Assembly (NCBI GenBank): GCA_905233215.1
Contig: CAJODC010000002.1
Coordinates: 11,013-75,012 of the forward strand
Direction: 5' to 3'
Length of the DNA stretch: 64,000 nt
Source: an uncultured Synergistales bacterium
Lineage (GTDB): Bacteria > Synergistota > Synergistia > Synergistales > Aminobacteriaceae
Shown: positions 25,447 through 34,679 of the stretch, piece after piece
Layout: every line of letters begins with the position of its first letter
Numbering within the stretch: the stretch's first letter is position 1
Notes under the pieces: model-generated
What the model was told of the DNA's origin: nothing
What the model saw: the letters and a program-made list of their open reading frames with translations, nothing else
Databases searched by the model: none
Made by a program: the position numbers and the translations under genes

Positions 25447-26297
25447 TGGTAGTCATGGCTGAACATGCCGGTTTTTGTTTCGGTGTGAAGCGTGCTGTCG
25501 GAGCGATTTCTGACGCACTGAGGACACATGATGAAGTGTGGACTATAGGACTTCCCATTCATAACCCTCAGGAGGTCGGGAGACTCGAGTCTCTTGGCTT
25601 GAGAGTCGCAGAGAATGACAGCGAGATTCCAGCAGGCGCGAAAGTCTTGATTCGTGCTCACGGCGAACCTCTTGAAGTTATAGAGAGACTGAAAGCACGA
25701 GGCGTTGACGTTGAGGACATGACATGCCCGTTCGTGAGGAAGGCTCAGGAGAAAGCAGCGATGTTATCACGCGAGGGCTATCACGTTGTCTTGTTGGGCG
25801 ACAGGAATCACCCTGAGATTCGCGGCATTCTCGGCCATGTCGATGACGGCTCTGACGCTGAAGTTATCGCTGACGAGTCCGAAGCGTTGAACGTTCAGTT
25901 CCACGCAAAAACAGCGTTAATCTCACAGACTACACAGCGTGAAGAGAGGCTCGAAAAAGTATCGGCCATCTTGGTCGGAAAGTCTCAAGAGCTTCGAGTC
26001 TGTAACACAATCTGCAAGGCTACGGCACAGCGTCAAGAGGCCGTGCGTGAACTGGTCAGGAACAACGAGCTTGACGGAGTCGTTTTAATCGGCGGAAAGT
26101 CAAGCGCAAACACAGGAAAGTTGCGGGATATATTAGAGTCAGAGGGCGTTAATGTTCTCTGGGTTGAGGACGAAAAAGAAACTGAATCGAGTTCTGAATG
26201 GTTCAGCGGCAAAAAAATGATTGGTATTGCTGCGGGTGCAAGTACACCTGAATGGCTTATCGATAAACTCAAAAAAATCATTGCGGCAAAGCAGTAA
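25446..26297 (+). CDS. ispH: 4-hydroxy-3-methylbut-2-enyl diphosphate reductase
   Basis: 283 aa. GFCFGVKRAV, IHNPQEV, CPFV, SQTTQ, NTICKAT, GGKSSANT. TAATG overlap with miaA. Confidence 0.9.
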   Translation: MVVMAEHAGFCFGVKRAVGAISDALRTHDEVWTIGLPIHNPQEVGRLESLGLRVAENDSEIPAGAKVLIRAHGEPLEVIERLKARGVDVEDMTCPFVRKAQEKAAMLSREGYHVVLLGDRNHPEIRGILGHVDDGSDAEVIADESEALNVQFHAKTALISQTTQREERLEKVSAILVGKSQELRVCNTICKATAQRQEAVRELVRNNELDGVVLIGGKSSANTGKLRDILESEGVNVLWVEDEKETESSSEWFSGKKMIGIAAGASTPEWLIDKLKKIIAAKQ

Positions 26298-26320
26298 GTA
26301 CAGGGGGTATAGTTTCACTG

Positions 26321-27910
26321 ATGGAGAATCAGCAGGAAATTAGTCAGGTATCACAGGAAGATCAGGTTCACGAGCCTGAGACAATGCAGGAGGCACTAGA
26401 CCAGTACGGCGACAACGTGCATCTTAGACGCGGAGAAATCCGCACAGGTACGATAATCAGCAGGAATGACAGCGGATTTCTTGTTGATGTCGGCTTCAAG
26501 TGCGAGGGAGTCCTTCCGATGAAGGAATACACGAATCACTCGCTCATCGAAGACGCTGACTCGGAGCCTAAGCCGGGCGACACGATCGAAGTTGAGATCG
26601 TAAGCGTGAGGGACGGCGATGACGCACAGTTATTGCTTTCACGATGGAGGCACGAGTTCGATAAGAGATGGGACGCTCTCGACGCTGCCGTCAAGGACAA
26701 TCCCGTTCTTGATGTCAAGGGAGTCAGCCGTGTTAAAGGCGGTCTCATGGTCAATGCGATGGGGCTGGAGGGGTTTATACCAGTATCACAGCTCACTCTC
26801 GCAGGAAGAGGCGCGAACCCTCAGAATTTTGTCGGACAGGACCTGAAAGTAAAAGTCCTCGACCACGACAAGCGCAAGCACAGACTCGTATTCTCACGCA
26901 GAGCCTTGCTCGAAGAAGTTGAGAACGAGCGCAAAGCGAAATTCTACGACAGAGTCCACGAGGGCGATATTGTAGAAGGCGAAGTGTCGAGCCTGACGGA
27001 CTTCGGAGTTTTCGTGAACTTGGGCGAAATGGACGGTCTTGTTCACCTGACTGAGATAACATGGAAACGTTCATTCAAACTGAAAGACATGTTCAAGAAG
27101 GGCGACAAGGTAACTGTCAAAGTCATCGGCATTGAAAAGGACAAGGACAGAATCAGCCTGAGCATGAAGCAGGCAGCCGGAGATCCTTGGGACACAGTGG
27201 AAGAGCGCATACACAAGGGCGATGTTATTCATGGAACAGTAACGAATCTGACTGACTTCGGAGCGTTTGTTGAACTTGAGCCGGGCATCGAGGGTCTTGT
27301 ACATGTCGGCGATATTTCGTGGGCAAGAATCAAGAAGCCTCGTGATATTCTCAAGAAGGGTCAGGAGCTTGACGTGCTTGTTCTTGATATTGACATGGAC
27401 AAGAAGCGCATCAGTCTCGGAAGCAAACAGCTCAATGATCCTTGGAACGAGATCGACAAGCGTTATGTACCCGGACAGGACATTCAGGTTAAAGTCGTAA
27501 GGCTTGCAGACTTCGGAGCATTCGTTGAAGTTGAGGAAGGCGTAGAGGCACTGATTCACATTTCACAGCTCAGCAAGAAGAGAGTCGAGAAGCCTGCCGA
27601 TGTCCTCAAGGAAGGTCAGGAAGTTACAGCGAGAGTCCTTGAGGTCAACCCCGAACAGCGAAGAATGAGACTCTCACTCAGTGCGCTTGAGCCGGAGCCG
27701 GAACCCGAAGCAGTCCCTGAACATGAAGCGCAGCCTCAGAGCGTACAGAGACCCGAAGCCAAGCCGGAACGTACCGAACGCCGCGAGCGCAGGAGCAAGA
27801 GCCGTCAGCGTAATCTGCGAGACACAGCCGGTTACGAGGACGATGGCGAAGCGTTGGAATACAACCCGTTCGCGGAAGCCTTCAAGGGCGCGGACTGGTC
27901 AAGAGAATAA
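26321..27910 (+). CDS. rpsA: 30S ribosomal protein S1 (multiple S1 domains) with a charged C-terminal extension
   Basis: 529 aa with repeated S1 OB-fold blocks (G.V..LTDFGVFV.LGE.DGLVH, G.V..LTDFGAFVELEPGIEGLVH, V.RLADFGAFVEVEEGVEALIH). ispH-rpsA adjacency is common. Confidence 0.9.
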   Translation: MENQQEISQVSQEDQVHEPETMQEALDQYGDNVHLRRGEIRTGTIISRNDSGFLVDVGFKCEGVLPMKEYTNHSLIEDADSEPKPGDTIEVEIVSVRDGDDAQLLLSRWRHEFDKRWDALDAAVKDNPVLDVKGVSRVKGGLMVNAMGLEGFIPVSQLTLAGRGANPQNFVGQDLKVKVLDHDKRKHRLVFSRRALLEEVENERKAKFYDRVHEGDIVEGEVSSLTDFGVFVNLGEMDGLVHLTEITWKRSFKLKDMFKKGDKVTVKVIGIEKDKDRISLSMKQAAGDPWDTVEERIHKGDVIHGTVTNLTDFGAFVELEPGIEGLVHVGDISWARIKKPRDILKKGQELDVLVLDIDMDKKRISLGSKQLNDPWNEIDKRYVPGQDIQVKVVRLADFGAFVEVEEGVEALIHISQLSKKRVEKPADVLKEGQEVTARVLEVNPEQRRMRLSLSALEPEPEPEAVPEHEAQPQSVQRPEAKPERTERRERRSKSRQRNLRDTAGYEDDGEALEYNPFAEAFKGADWSRE

Positions 27911-27927
27911 TCACACGAAAATTTCAG

Positions 27928-27962
27928 CGGTCTCTCTAATTTTCACGGGGAGGCCGTTTTTC
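27928..27962 (+). terminator. Rho-independent terminator after rpsA
   Basis: Stem CGGTCTC (27928-27934) / GAGGCCG (27950-27956, one G-U pair) followed by TTTTTCTTCT. Confidence 0.55.
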
Positions 27963-28005
27963 TTCTGTGCTAAAATCTGATTATATCAACAAAGGAGGAT
28001 TCAGC

Positions 28006-28524
28006 ATGAATTTTTCAGAGTTAGTGAAGTCTCGTTACTCATGCCGTAAATTTTCGGACAAAGCCGTTGAAGATTACAAGCTCACGGCGATAATCAACGC
28101 AGGAATTTCTGCGCCTACAGCCAAGAACGTTCAGCCCGTGAAAATCTGGGTCATCAAGAGTGAAGAAGCTCTCGAAAAAATCAAATCATGTATGCCGTTC
28201 ACGTGGACGAAGAATATTAAAATCTTTCTGGTCATTGGAGGCACTGAAGAAGGAGCGTTCGTAAGGCCGTCGGACGATCGTAACTTTAAGGACGTTGACG
28301 CTGCGATTGTAGCGACTCACATGATGCTTGCCGTTGAAGATGAAGGACTCGGCACAACGTGGATCGGATATTTCGACACTGTAAAGACGAAAGAGCTTTT
28401 CCCCGAAATGAAGGATTACGACCTTGTAGCCATCTTCCCGATCGGTTATCCTGCTGATGACGCTATGCCTTCTGACCGTCACCACGTCAGAAAAGACATG
28501 TCAGAGATGGTGAGCTGTCTTTAG
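28006..28524 (+). CDS. Nitroreductase-family FMN oxidoreductase
   Basis: Start moved to the ATG at 28006 (AGGAGG RBS 6 nt upstream), giving 172 aa. KSRYSCRKF, APTAKNVQP, GLGTTWIG. Confidence 0.8.
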   Translation: MNFSELVKSRYSCRKFSDKAVEDYKLTAIINAGISAPTAKNVQPVKIWVIKSEEALEKIKSCMPFTWTKNIKIFLVIGGTEEGAFVRPSDDRNFKDVDAAIVATHMMLAVEDEGLGTTWIGYFDTVKTKELFPEMKDYDLVAIFPIGYPADDAMPSDRHHVRKDMSEMVSCL

Positions 28525-28527
28525 GGA

Positions 28528-29070
28528 ATGGCCGAGTTAATACGCTCATTTGTCGCTGTGAAGATGCCCGGCGAGGCTGCCGACATTCTCGAAAATTTTT
28601 TGGCTGACTTGAGACCGTTGGCGAAAATACGATGGGTCAGGCGTTCACAGTTTCACATAACGCTGAAATTTTTGGGCGAAAACACACGTTCCGTTACCGA
28701 AGATGTGATTGACGCATTAACGCCGATGAAACACTTTGAGCCTTTCACGGTTGAACTGTCATACATCGGAGCTTTTCCGAATCTCAATGTCCCAAAAGTT
28801 TTGTGGCTTTCCGGCGAAAAAGGAGCTTCCGAACTTTCTATCCTGTCGAAAAAAGTCAATGAATCTGTTTTTGACACTGCCGGGATTGAACGAGACACGA
28901 AAAAGTTTCAGGCACATTTGACGCTTGCGAGGCTGAAGGAGTCGAGGCTTCCCGAAAATTTAGTGAGAAGGCTCGGAGAAGTCCCAAAAATTTCGTGGAC
29001 ATGCTCCGAACTCTGCTTCTTCAGAAGCGATTTGAGACCGTCAGGACCAATCTACTCACAGCTTTTGTGA
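28528..29070 (+). CDS. thpR: RNA 2',3'-cyclic phosphodiesterase (2H phosphoesterase, LigT/ThpR)
   Basis: 180 aa with two H-x-T-x motifs (FHITLKFLG and AHLTLARL). Confidence 0.85.
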   Translation: MAELIRSFVAVKMPGEAADILENFLADLRPLAKIRWVRRSQFHITLKFLGENTRSVTEDVIDALTPMKHFEPFTVELSYIGAFPNLNVPKVLWLSGEKGASELSILSKKVNESVFDTAGIERDTKKFQAHLTLARLKESRLPENLVRRLGEVPKISWTCSELCFFRSDLRPSGPIYSQLL

Positions 29071-29089
29071 TTGACACGCCCCTTGAAGC

Positions 29090-30679
29090 TCAGGGGGCTG
29101 TCGTCTGTCCTGCTTCAATCTCTCCGAGTTTCTCCTCAAATCCGTAAATTGTCGGGTCAATCGTGTCGACTGTCTTGTTCAATTCGTCCATCAATCTGAA
29201 TCTTCTCGATGACGGAAGACGGTTGGCGAATCTTTTGACCTTCAACAGTGCCTGAAGGTAATTGCGTTCGTACTGTAGAATCAATTTTGCGGCCATCAAT
29301 GCGCTTGGGTTTCCTTCGTCAAGGAACAATCTTGCCATTTCGAGATTCTCTTCTATCAACATTTCGTCATACCAAATTTCAGCGAGTATCTTCATGAATT
29401 TTTGCCGGTTGCTTTTTCTCGTGATTTTTTTCGCTAGAACGTCAATCTTCTTCATGTCCTTCTTCAATTCACGAAGGACATACTCAGCTTCCAGCGACGG
29501 CAGAGAGTAATCAGCGATGTATTCGGCTTCGTCCTCAATGAACACCTGTTGACGCAGTAAACGACCGTATGAAGGAGTGAGTCTGATTACGGCCTGTTCT
29601 GACTTCTTCGCCATCAACTGACGGAATATCGGCCCTGTTCGAAACTGTCCGCATTCAAACTCAGAATCCTTCAGGAAAGTTACATAGCCCGGGTCAAAAA
29701 GACCTTTCCGCCCTGCACGCCCTGCCATCTGCAAAAATTCATTCCTCGTTATAGGCTGATAGTTAAAGTAATTCACAAGCTGTGCGAAAACTACATACTG
29801 AGCCGGAAGGTTGACACCGAGTGAAAGAGCGTTAGTTCCGCACACGACATCAAGCAGTCTTTCACGGAACGCCGACTCGACTAACAGCTTCTCTTTCGGG
29901 AGCATACTACCGTGATAGATTCCTACACCTTTGTAGAGGCCGGGCAAAGTTTTTTTGACATCAAGAATTTTAGCGAGCTGATTGATTCTGCTGATGCTTC
30001 TTGGCGGAAGACGCTTTCTTTTCTTGGCAATCTCTTCGGCAAGCTCAATCACTCCCCGCTGCGAGAACAAAAATACTAATGCGTCATGCACCGTGTGAAT
30101 ATAGGCAGGTTCGTTCGGCTGGAATATCAATTCTGTTACTCTCTTTCGTCCTGCGTGAATCACAAAATCCCTCTGGCATATGTCAGAGAGATACATTCCT
30201 ACATTTTTGACTCCTCCGAGTGTCGCCGACATTACGAGAATCTGCGTGCTTGGGTCAGTGTTCCTTATTCCGTCAATGTAATTTCTTGCCCTGTTAGAGT
30301 CCGTGAAAATATAATGAAACTCATCAACGATTAACTTCTGGTCAGGAACACGGGAATATTTCATCGTGTAAATTTCCTGAGTACAGCAGATTATATTCGC
30401 GCCCTCATTACGTTTGAAGTCTCCTGTCTCAATACCGACATCGAGTCCCATTTTCCTCAAATCGAGATAGCGTTCATTGCTGAGAGCTTTAATCGGTGCC
30501 GTGAAAATTATTCGTGAGGCTTCTGTATTTGTGTTGATCTCGCCTTTAAGATTGAGAATGCCTGCCCAAAGATAAGCGACTATAGTTTTCCCTGATCCTG
30601 TAGGAGCTGATAATACCGCGCTGTTGTTCTTGATGTGGTTGTATGCGCGTAACTGCCAGTCATAAAATTTTATACCCAA
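29090..30679 (-). CDS. Compact Ski2/Mtr4/HelY-like superfamily 2 helicase
   Basis: 529 aa with a TTG start. APTGSGKT (I), TAPIKALSNERY (Ia, Ski2 signature), DEFH (II), SAT (III), HGSMLPKEKLLVESAF..VVCGTNALSLGVNLPA (IV/V), QMAGRAGRKG (VI). The roughly 170-aa C-terminal helical region has no motif I recognise. GC is lower than the neighbours by eye. Confidence 0.85.
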   Translation of the reverse strand: MGIKFYDWQLRAYNHIKNNSAVLSAPTGSGKTIVAYLWAGILNLKGEINTNTEASRIIFTAPIKALSNERYLDLRKMGLDVGIETGDFKRNEGANIICCTQEIYTMKYSRVPDQKLIVDEFHYIFTDSNRARNYIDGIRNTDPSTQILVMSATLGGVKNVGMYLSDICQRDFVIHAGRKRVTELIFQPNEPAYIHTVHDALVFLFSQRGVIELAEEIAKKRKRLPPRSISRINQLAKILDVKKTLPGLYKGVGIYHGSMLPKEKLLVESAFRERLLDVVCGTNALSLGVNLPAQYVVFAQLVNYFNYQPITRNEFLQMAGRAGRKGLFDPGYVTFLKDSEFECGQFRTGPIFRQLMAKKSEQAVIRLTPSYGRLLRQQVFIEDEAEYIADYSLPSLEAEYVLRELKKDMKKIDVLAKKITRKSNRQKFMKILAEIWYDEMLIEENLEMARLFLDEGNPSALMAAKLILQYERNYLQALLKVKRFANRLPSSRRFRLMDELNKTVDTIDPTIYGFEEKLGEIEAGQTTAP

Positions 30680-30706
30680 TGTGCGAATATTATCCCTTCA
30701 TGATAT

Positions 30707-31042
30707 AGCGGGCAGCCCTTAAGCCGGGTTCTGTGAATGACGGCCATTTATCTGGAAGATTCCTCGCGGAACTCCTCAAGCGATCTTACCCAGAGGAAAC
30801 CGGGCCGGTTTAACCCTCGCTATTAGATCTTGCTTCAGATGGGGCTTGCATAGCTCATGAATTTCTCCATGACTGGTGGGCTCTTACCCTCACCTTTTCA
30901 CCGTTGCCGTTAATGGCTGTATAAATTTCTGCTGCGCTTTCCCTCGAATTGCTCCGGCCGGACGTTATCCGGCATCTTGCCCTGTGAAGCCCGGACTTTC
31001 CTCGACTGAACTAATCAGGCGCGGCCGTCTGGACTGCCCGCT
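30707..31042 (-). ncRNA. rnpB: RNase P RNA, bacterial type A
   Basis: Minus strand carries the universal P4 5' strand GAGGAAAGUCCGGGC (31003-30989) and ACAGAACCCGGCUUA (30734-30720). A 12-bp P1 closes the molecule: AGCGGGCAGUCC (31042-31031) with GGGCUGCCCGCU (30718-30707). Also present are GGUAAGAGCCCACC (compare E. coli GGUAAGAGCGCACC) and GGGAAAG blocks. Length is about 336 nt and the ends are +/- a few nt. Confidence 0.92.
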
Positions 31043-31048
31043 GAAATT

Positions 31049-31057
31049 ATTTTATCA
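31049..31057 (-). promoter_or_regulatory. Candidate extended -10 promoter (TGATAAAAT) for rnpB
   Basis: TG-n-TAAAAT ends 6 nt upstream of the predicted rnpB 5' end (31042) and overlaps the TGA stop of the upstream amidohydrolase gene. A TTGACA lies 23 nt further upstream, which is too far for a canonical -35. Confidence 0.35.
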
Positions 31058-32146
31058 CGCAAAAATCTCCGTGAACATGTCAACCGCTGTCTCCAAAATA
31101 TTATCGTTGAAATCGTAACCGCTCGTGTGAATGTCGGGGTAATCCACGCCGTTCCCAATGTAGAAAATCGCTCCGTGTATCATCTTCGTGTAGATACCGA
31201 AATCCTCTGAGGCTCTTATCGCTTCGGCCATGTCGATAACGTCAAGCCCAAGATTTTTCGCTGCATTCCTGACACGTTCAACACATCGTCTATCGCTTGA
31301 TGTCTCCGGGAAATAATCGCTTGTCTTTTTCGTCAGAGTCAATGAATGTTCTTGCGCTAAATTTTCGGCTCTGTTGATGATTTTGTTGTAGGCACTGCGC
31401 ATATCGGCTTCATGTTCGGCTCTGACTGTCAATGAAATTTCACCGTCAGCCGGAGAGATTCCGAAATTTTTACCGCCTACGCTGATGTTGACGATTGTAC
31501 ATAAAACTTTGTCCCTCATCGACTCAATCTCACTCACTAATTCGGCGATTGCGTAAGCCGGATTGATGCCCTTTTCGGGAGTGCTAGCGTGTGAGGCTTT
31601 GCCCTCGAATTTCAGCGTGATTCCTGCTGACGAACATTGACACACGCCTTCACGGACGATGATACTTTTTTCGGGGAAGCCGCTCCAGTTATGGAAGGCG
31701 TAAATTTCGCTGATGCTTCTCTCACGAAGAAGGCCGGAACATTCCCTCGCTCCCTGTCCGTTTTCCTCAGAGTGCTGGAATATCAGGTAGACCGAACGTG
31801 TTAGCGGCACAGCGTCAAGTTCGAGGGCGAGTCCGCAGAGTGCCGAGCAGTGTCCGTCATGGCCGCATTTGTGAGACACTCCGGGATTCGTTGAGGCGTG
31901 AGGAATTGAGATCGACTCGTCCATCGGCAGAGCGTCCATGTCCGCACGGAATGCCGTTGCCTTTGTGCCTTCAATGTAACGTGATGCGTAGAACCATTTT
32001 CCGCAGTCAACAACAGCGAAACGTGTCTCTGACTCGATGAAGTCCATCAAGAGTCGTTTTGTTGCCGACTCATTGCCGGAAAGTTCTGGGTTTTTGTGAA
32101 GTTCATGACGAAGACGGATAATTTTTTTCAGGTTGTCTTTGTTCAA
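31055..32146 (-). CDS. M20D-family amidohydrolase (N-acyl-amino acid amidohydrolase/hippuricase-like)
   Basis: 363 aa with a TTG start and GAGGTGA RBS. LHKNPELSGNE, RADMDALP, HKCGHDGH, FQHSEE. Confidence 0.8.
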   Translation of the reverse strand: MNKDNLKKIIRLRHELHKNPELSGNESATKRLLMDFIESETRFAVVDCGKWFYASRYIEGTKATAFRADMDALPMDESISIPHASTNPGVSHKCGHDGHCSALCGLALELDAVPLTRSVYLIFQHSEENGQGARECSGLLRERSISEIYAFHNWSGFPEKSIIVREGVCQCSSAGITLKFEGKASHASTPEKGINPAYAIAELVSEIESMRDKVLCTIVNISVGGKNFGISPADGEISLTVRAEHEADMRSAYNKIINRAENLAQEHSLTLTKKTSDYFPETSSDRRCVERVRNAAKNLGLDVIDMAEAIRASEDFGIYTKMIHGAIFYIGNGVDYPDIHTSGYDFNDNILETAVDMFTEIFA

Positions 32147-32171
32147 GTTTAATCACCTCGTTCACAGTATA

Positions 32172-32660
32172 TTACAGTTCAGCTACTCTAAGCGGTAATT
32201 CTTCGTCAATGTCATCAATCATTTCACGAATCGTTTTACCGTTCAGAGGGTGCCGCCATTCAGCCGGGACTATCTGTCCAAGAGGCACAAGAACGAACAA
32301 CCTCTCAGGTATTCTGATGTGAGGGATATTAAGTTCTTGAGACGAAAAAATTTCATCGTCAATCAGAAGAATATCAATGTCAATTTTTCTCGCTCCCCAA
32401 CGTACTGACTCGACTCTTCCCAATTCACGCTCAAAATTTTTCACAGTCCTCAAAATTTCAATCGGCGAAAATTCTTCTTCACTCTCAATTTTCACGCAGG
32501 CATTCAAATAATCAGGCTGAGGGACTCCGCCCCATGCTTCAGTCTCAAAAACATCGCTGGCTTTAACGATACGTCCAAAAAATTTCAGCTTCTCTTCCGC
32601 TTCTCTCAAGTTCTGCAATCTGTTCCCCAAGTTAGAACCGAGACCAAAATATATATTCAT
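32172..32660 (-). CDS. folK: 2-amino-4-hydroxy-6-hydroxymethyldihydropteridine diphosphokinase
   Basis: 162 aa. IYFGLGSNLGNR, RWGARKIDIDILL, IPHIRIPERLFVLVPL. Confidence 0.9.
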   Translation of the reverse strand: MNIYFGLGSNLGNRLQNLREAEEKLKFFGRIVKASDVFETEAWGGVPQPDYLNACVKIESEEEFSPIEILRTVKNFERELGRVESVRWGARKIDIDILLIDDEIFSSQELNIPHIRIPERLFVLVPLGQIVPAEWRHPLNGKTIREMIDDIDEELPLRVAEL

Positions 32661-32743
32661 GTTTACGGAAAAATTACACTCCTTGCATTATAATTTACAC
32701 ACTTACATTATCCCCGAAAATTCATTCATGGAGGCGTTACCAC

Positions 32744-34675
32744 ATGGGCAAATTCTCATCAGACGCTAAGGAACTTTTAGCGGCTATCGGCGGTAAAGAT
32801 AATATTACTGCCGTCTCTCACTGTATAACTCGTATGCGTTTCGTTTTGACTGATCCGAAAATCGCTGACATCAAACGAATCGAGTCGATTCCTTCCGTCA
32901 AAGGAACTTTCACTCAAGCCGGTCAGTTTCAGGTCATAATCGGCAATGAAGTCGCTGACTTCTACAAAGATTTCAGCGATGTGTCAGGCGTTTCGGGCGT
33001 GTCAAAATCCGAAGTCAAAAGCATGTCGAAACAGAACCAGAATATCATTCAGCGTCTAATGACCTCAATCGCTGAGATATTCGCTCCGTTAATCCCTGCA
33101 ATCGTTGTGGGCGGTCTCATTCTCGGTTTCAGGAATGTTATTGACAGCATGGAAATTTTCGGCGGTGCTACGCTTGTGAGTCAGAGTCAGTTCTGGGCAG
33201 GCGTTGACCATTTCTTATGGCTTCTCGGCGAGGCGGTCTTCCACGTCGGAATACCTGTCGGAATCTGCTGGACTATCATGAAGAAAATGGGCGGTACTGA
33301 GATGCTCGGACTCATTCTCGGTCTCACTCTTGTATCTTCACAGCTCACCAACGCTTACGCAGTCGCCGGAGCAATCGCCAACGGTACGATCAATCAATGG
33401 AACTTCGGTTTCATCAAGGTCAACATGATCGGTTATCAGGCACAAGTACTCCCTGCAATGTTAGCGGCGTTCACTCTTGCTTACCTCGAAAGATTCTTCA
33501 AGAAAATTATTCCGCAGGTCGTTCAGATGATTCTCGTGCCGTTCTTCAGCTTACTGTTTGCGGTAATGGCTGCTCATTTCGTTTTAGGGCCTATAGGCTG
33601 GAAGATAGCTTCATGGATTTCCGCTGCTGTCTACGCTGGAATCTCCGGCTCTTACAGGGTAGTGTTCGGAGCGATATTTGGCTTCTTTTACGCTCCTTTG
33701 GTCATCACGGGATTGCATCACATGAGCAACGCTATCGACATTCAGCTTATCGCTGACTACGGCGGAACAATGCTTTGGCCGATGATAGCACTCTCGAACA
33801 TCGCTCAGGGCAGCGCAGTACTCGGAATGATTTTCTTGCAGAGAAGAAGCGCGAAGGCTAAAGAGCTGAACATTCCTTCATGTATTTCCTGTTACTTGGG
33901 CGTTACTGAACCGGCCATGTTCGGCGTGAACTTGAAGTATGTTTTCCCGTTCATCTGCGGTATGACAGGCTCATGTGTCGCCGGAATCATCAGTACAGCA
34001 TCGAGTGTTACGGCCAGTGCTATCGGTGTCGGCGGTCTTCCGGGAATTTTGTCGATAAAGCCCGGTTCAATAGCAATGTTCGCAGTCTGTATGGCTGTAG
34101 CCGTTGCCGTGCCTTTCGCTTTGACTTACATTGCAGGAAAGAAGAGAGGCATCGACAAGGAAGCCGAAGACGAAGCCATGAAGGAAGAAGCAGAACTTAA
34201 AGCAAAAGCTGAACATGCTCCCGTTGATTTCATGGCGTTCTTGAGCGGTAAGACAGTGGCAATAACTGACGTTCCTGACGCTACATTTGCCGAAAAAGTT
34301 TTGGGCGATGGTATTGCGATTGAACCGACTGACAATATTTTGGTGTCGCCTGTTGACGCTGTTGTTGAACAGACTATGGAAGGAAGTAATCACGCTATCG
34401 GCCTCATCATGAACAACGGACTGGAAATCTTGTTGCACATCGGACTTGATACAGTAGCGATGAACGGCGAGGGCTTTACGATTCACGTTAAAGAGGGCGA
34501 CAGGGTTAAAACAGGTCAAGAGTTAATCACGTTCGACCCTGAGAAAATTAAAGCAGCAGGACACCCTCTCACAACAATCATGGTCGTAACGAATGACTCA
34601 GGCTACGAGGCTTTCAGGTTTGACATAGGGCTTGAAGTCAAAGCAGCCGAAAACGTCATAGCACATGCGGAGTGA
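32744..34675 (+). CDS. treB: PTS trehalose-specific transporter, EIIB-EIIC with a fused EIIA(Glc) domain
   Basis: 643 aa. GGKDNITAVSHCITRMRFVL (EIIB Cys), GQFQVIIGNEV, GGLILGFRNVI, YQAQVLP, YAPLVITGLHH, WPMIALSNIAQGSAV, GVTEPAMFGVNLKY and GVGGLPGILSI follow recalled E. coli TreB block by block. The C-terminal roughly 150 aa are EIIA-Glc-like (GDGIAIEP, HAIGL, LLHIGLDTV). Confidence 0.85.
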   Translation: MGKFSSDAKELLAAIGGKDNITAVSHCITRMRFVLTDPKIADIKRIESIPSVKGTFTQAGQFQVIIGNEVADFYKDFSDVSGVSGVSKSEVKSMSKQNQNIIQRLMTSIAEIFAPLIPAIVVGGLILGFRNVIDSMEIFGGATLVSQSQFWAGVDHFLWLLGEAVFHVGIPVGICWTIMKKMGGTEMLGLILGLTLVSSQLTNAYAVAGAIANGTINQWNFGFIKVNMIGYQAQVLPAMLAAFTLAYLERFFKKIIPQVVQMILVPFFSLLFAVMAAHFVLGPIGWKIASWISAAVYAGISGSYRVVFGAIFGFFYAPLVITGLHHMSNAIDIQLIADYGGTMLWPMIALSNIAQGSAVLGMIFLQRRSAKAKELNIPSCISCYLGVTEPAMFGVNLKYVFPFICGMTGSCVAGIISTASSVTASAIGVGGLPGILSIKPGSIAMFAVCMAVAVAVPFALTYIAGKKRGIDKEAEDEAMKEEAELKAKAEHAPVDFMAFLSGKTVAITDVPDATFAEKVLGDGIAIEPTDNILVSPVDAVVEQTMEGSNHAIGLIMNNGLEILLHIGLDTVAMNGEGFTIHVKEGDRVKTGQELITFDPEKIKAAGHPLTTIMVVTNDSGYEAFRFDIGLEVKAAENVIAHAE

Positions 34676-34679
34676 TGAC

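Noticed and set aside
27071-27559. 162-aa minus-strand ORF
   Set aside because: It is antisense to rpsA, which has clear S1 domains. There is no RBS or motif support.
30876-31118. 80-aa plus-strand ORF from the ORF track in the largest apparently non-coding gap
   Set aside because: It lies antisense inside the RNase P RNA, whose conserved P4 and P1 elements account for the whole region. It has no RBS and no recognisable protein features.
34067-34519. 150-aa minus-strand ORF, plus smaller overlapping ORFs at 33397-33756 and 33973-34200
   Set aside because: All lie within treB, whose sequence follows E. coli TreB and EIIA-Glc block by block.
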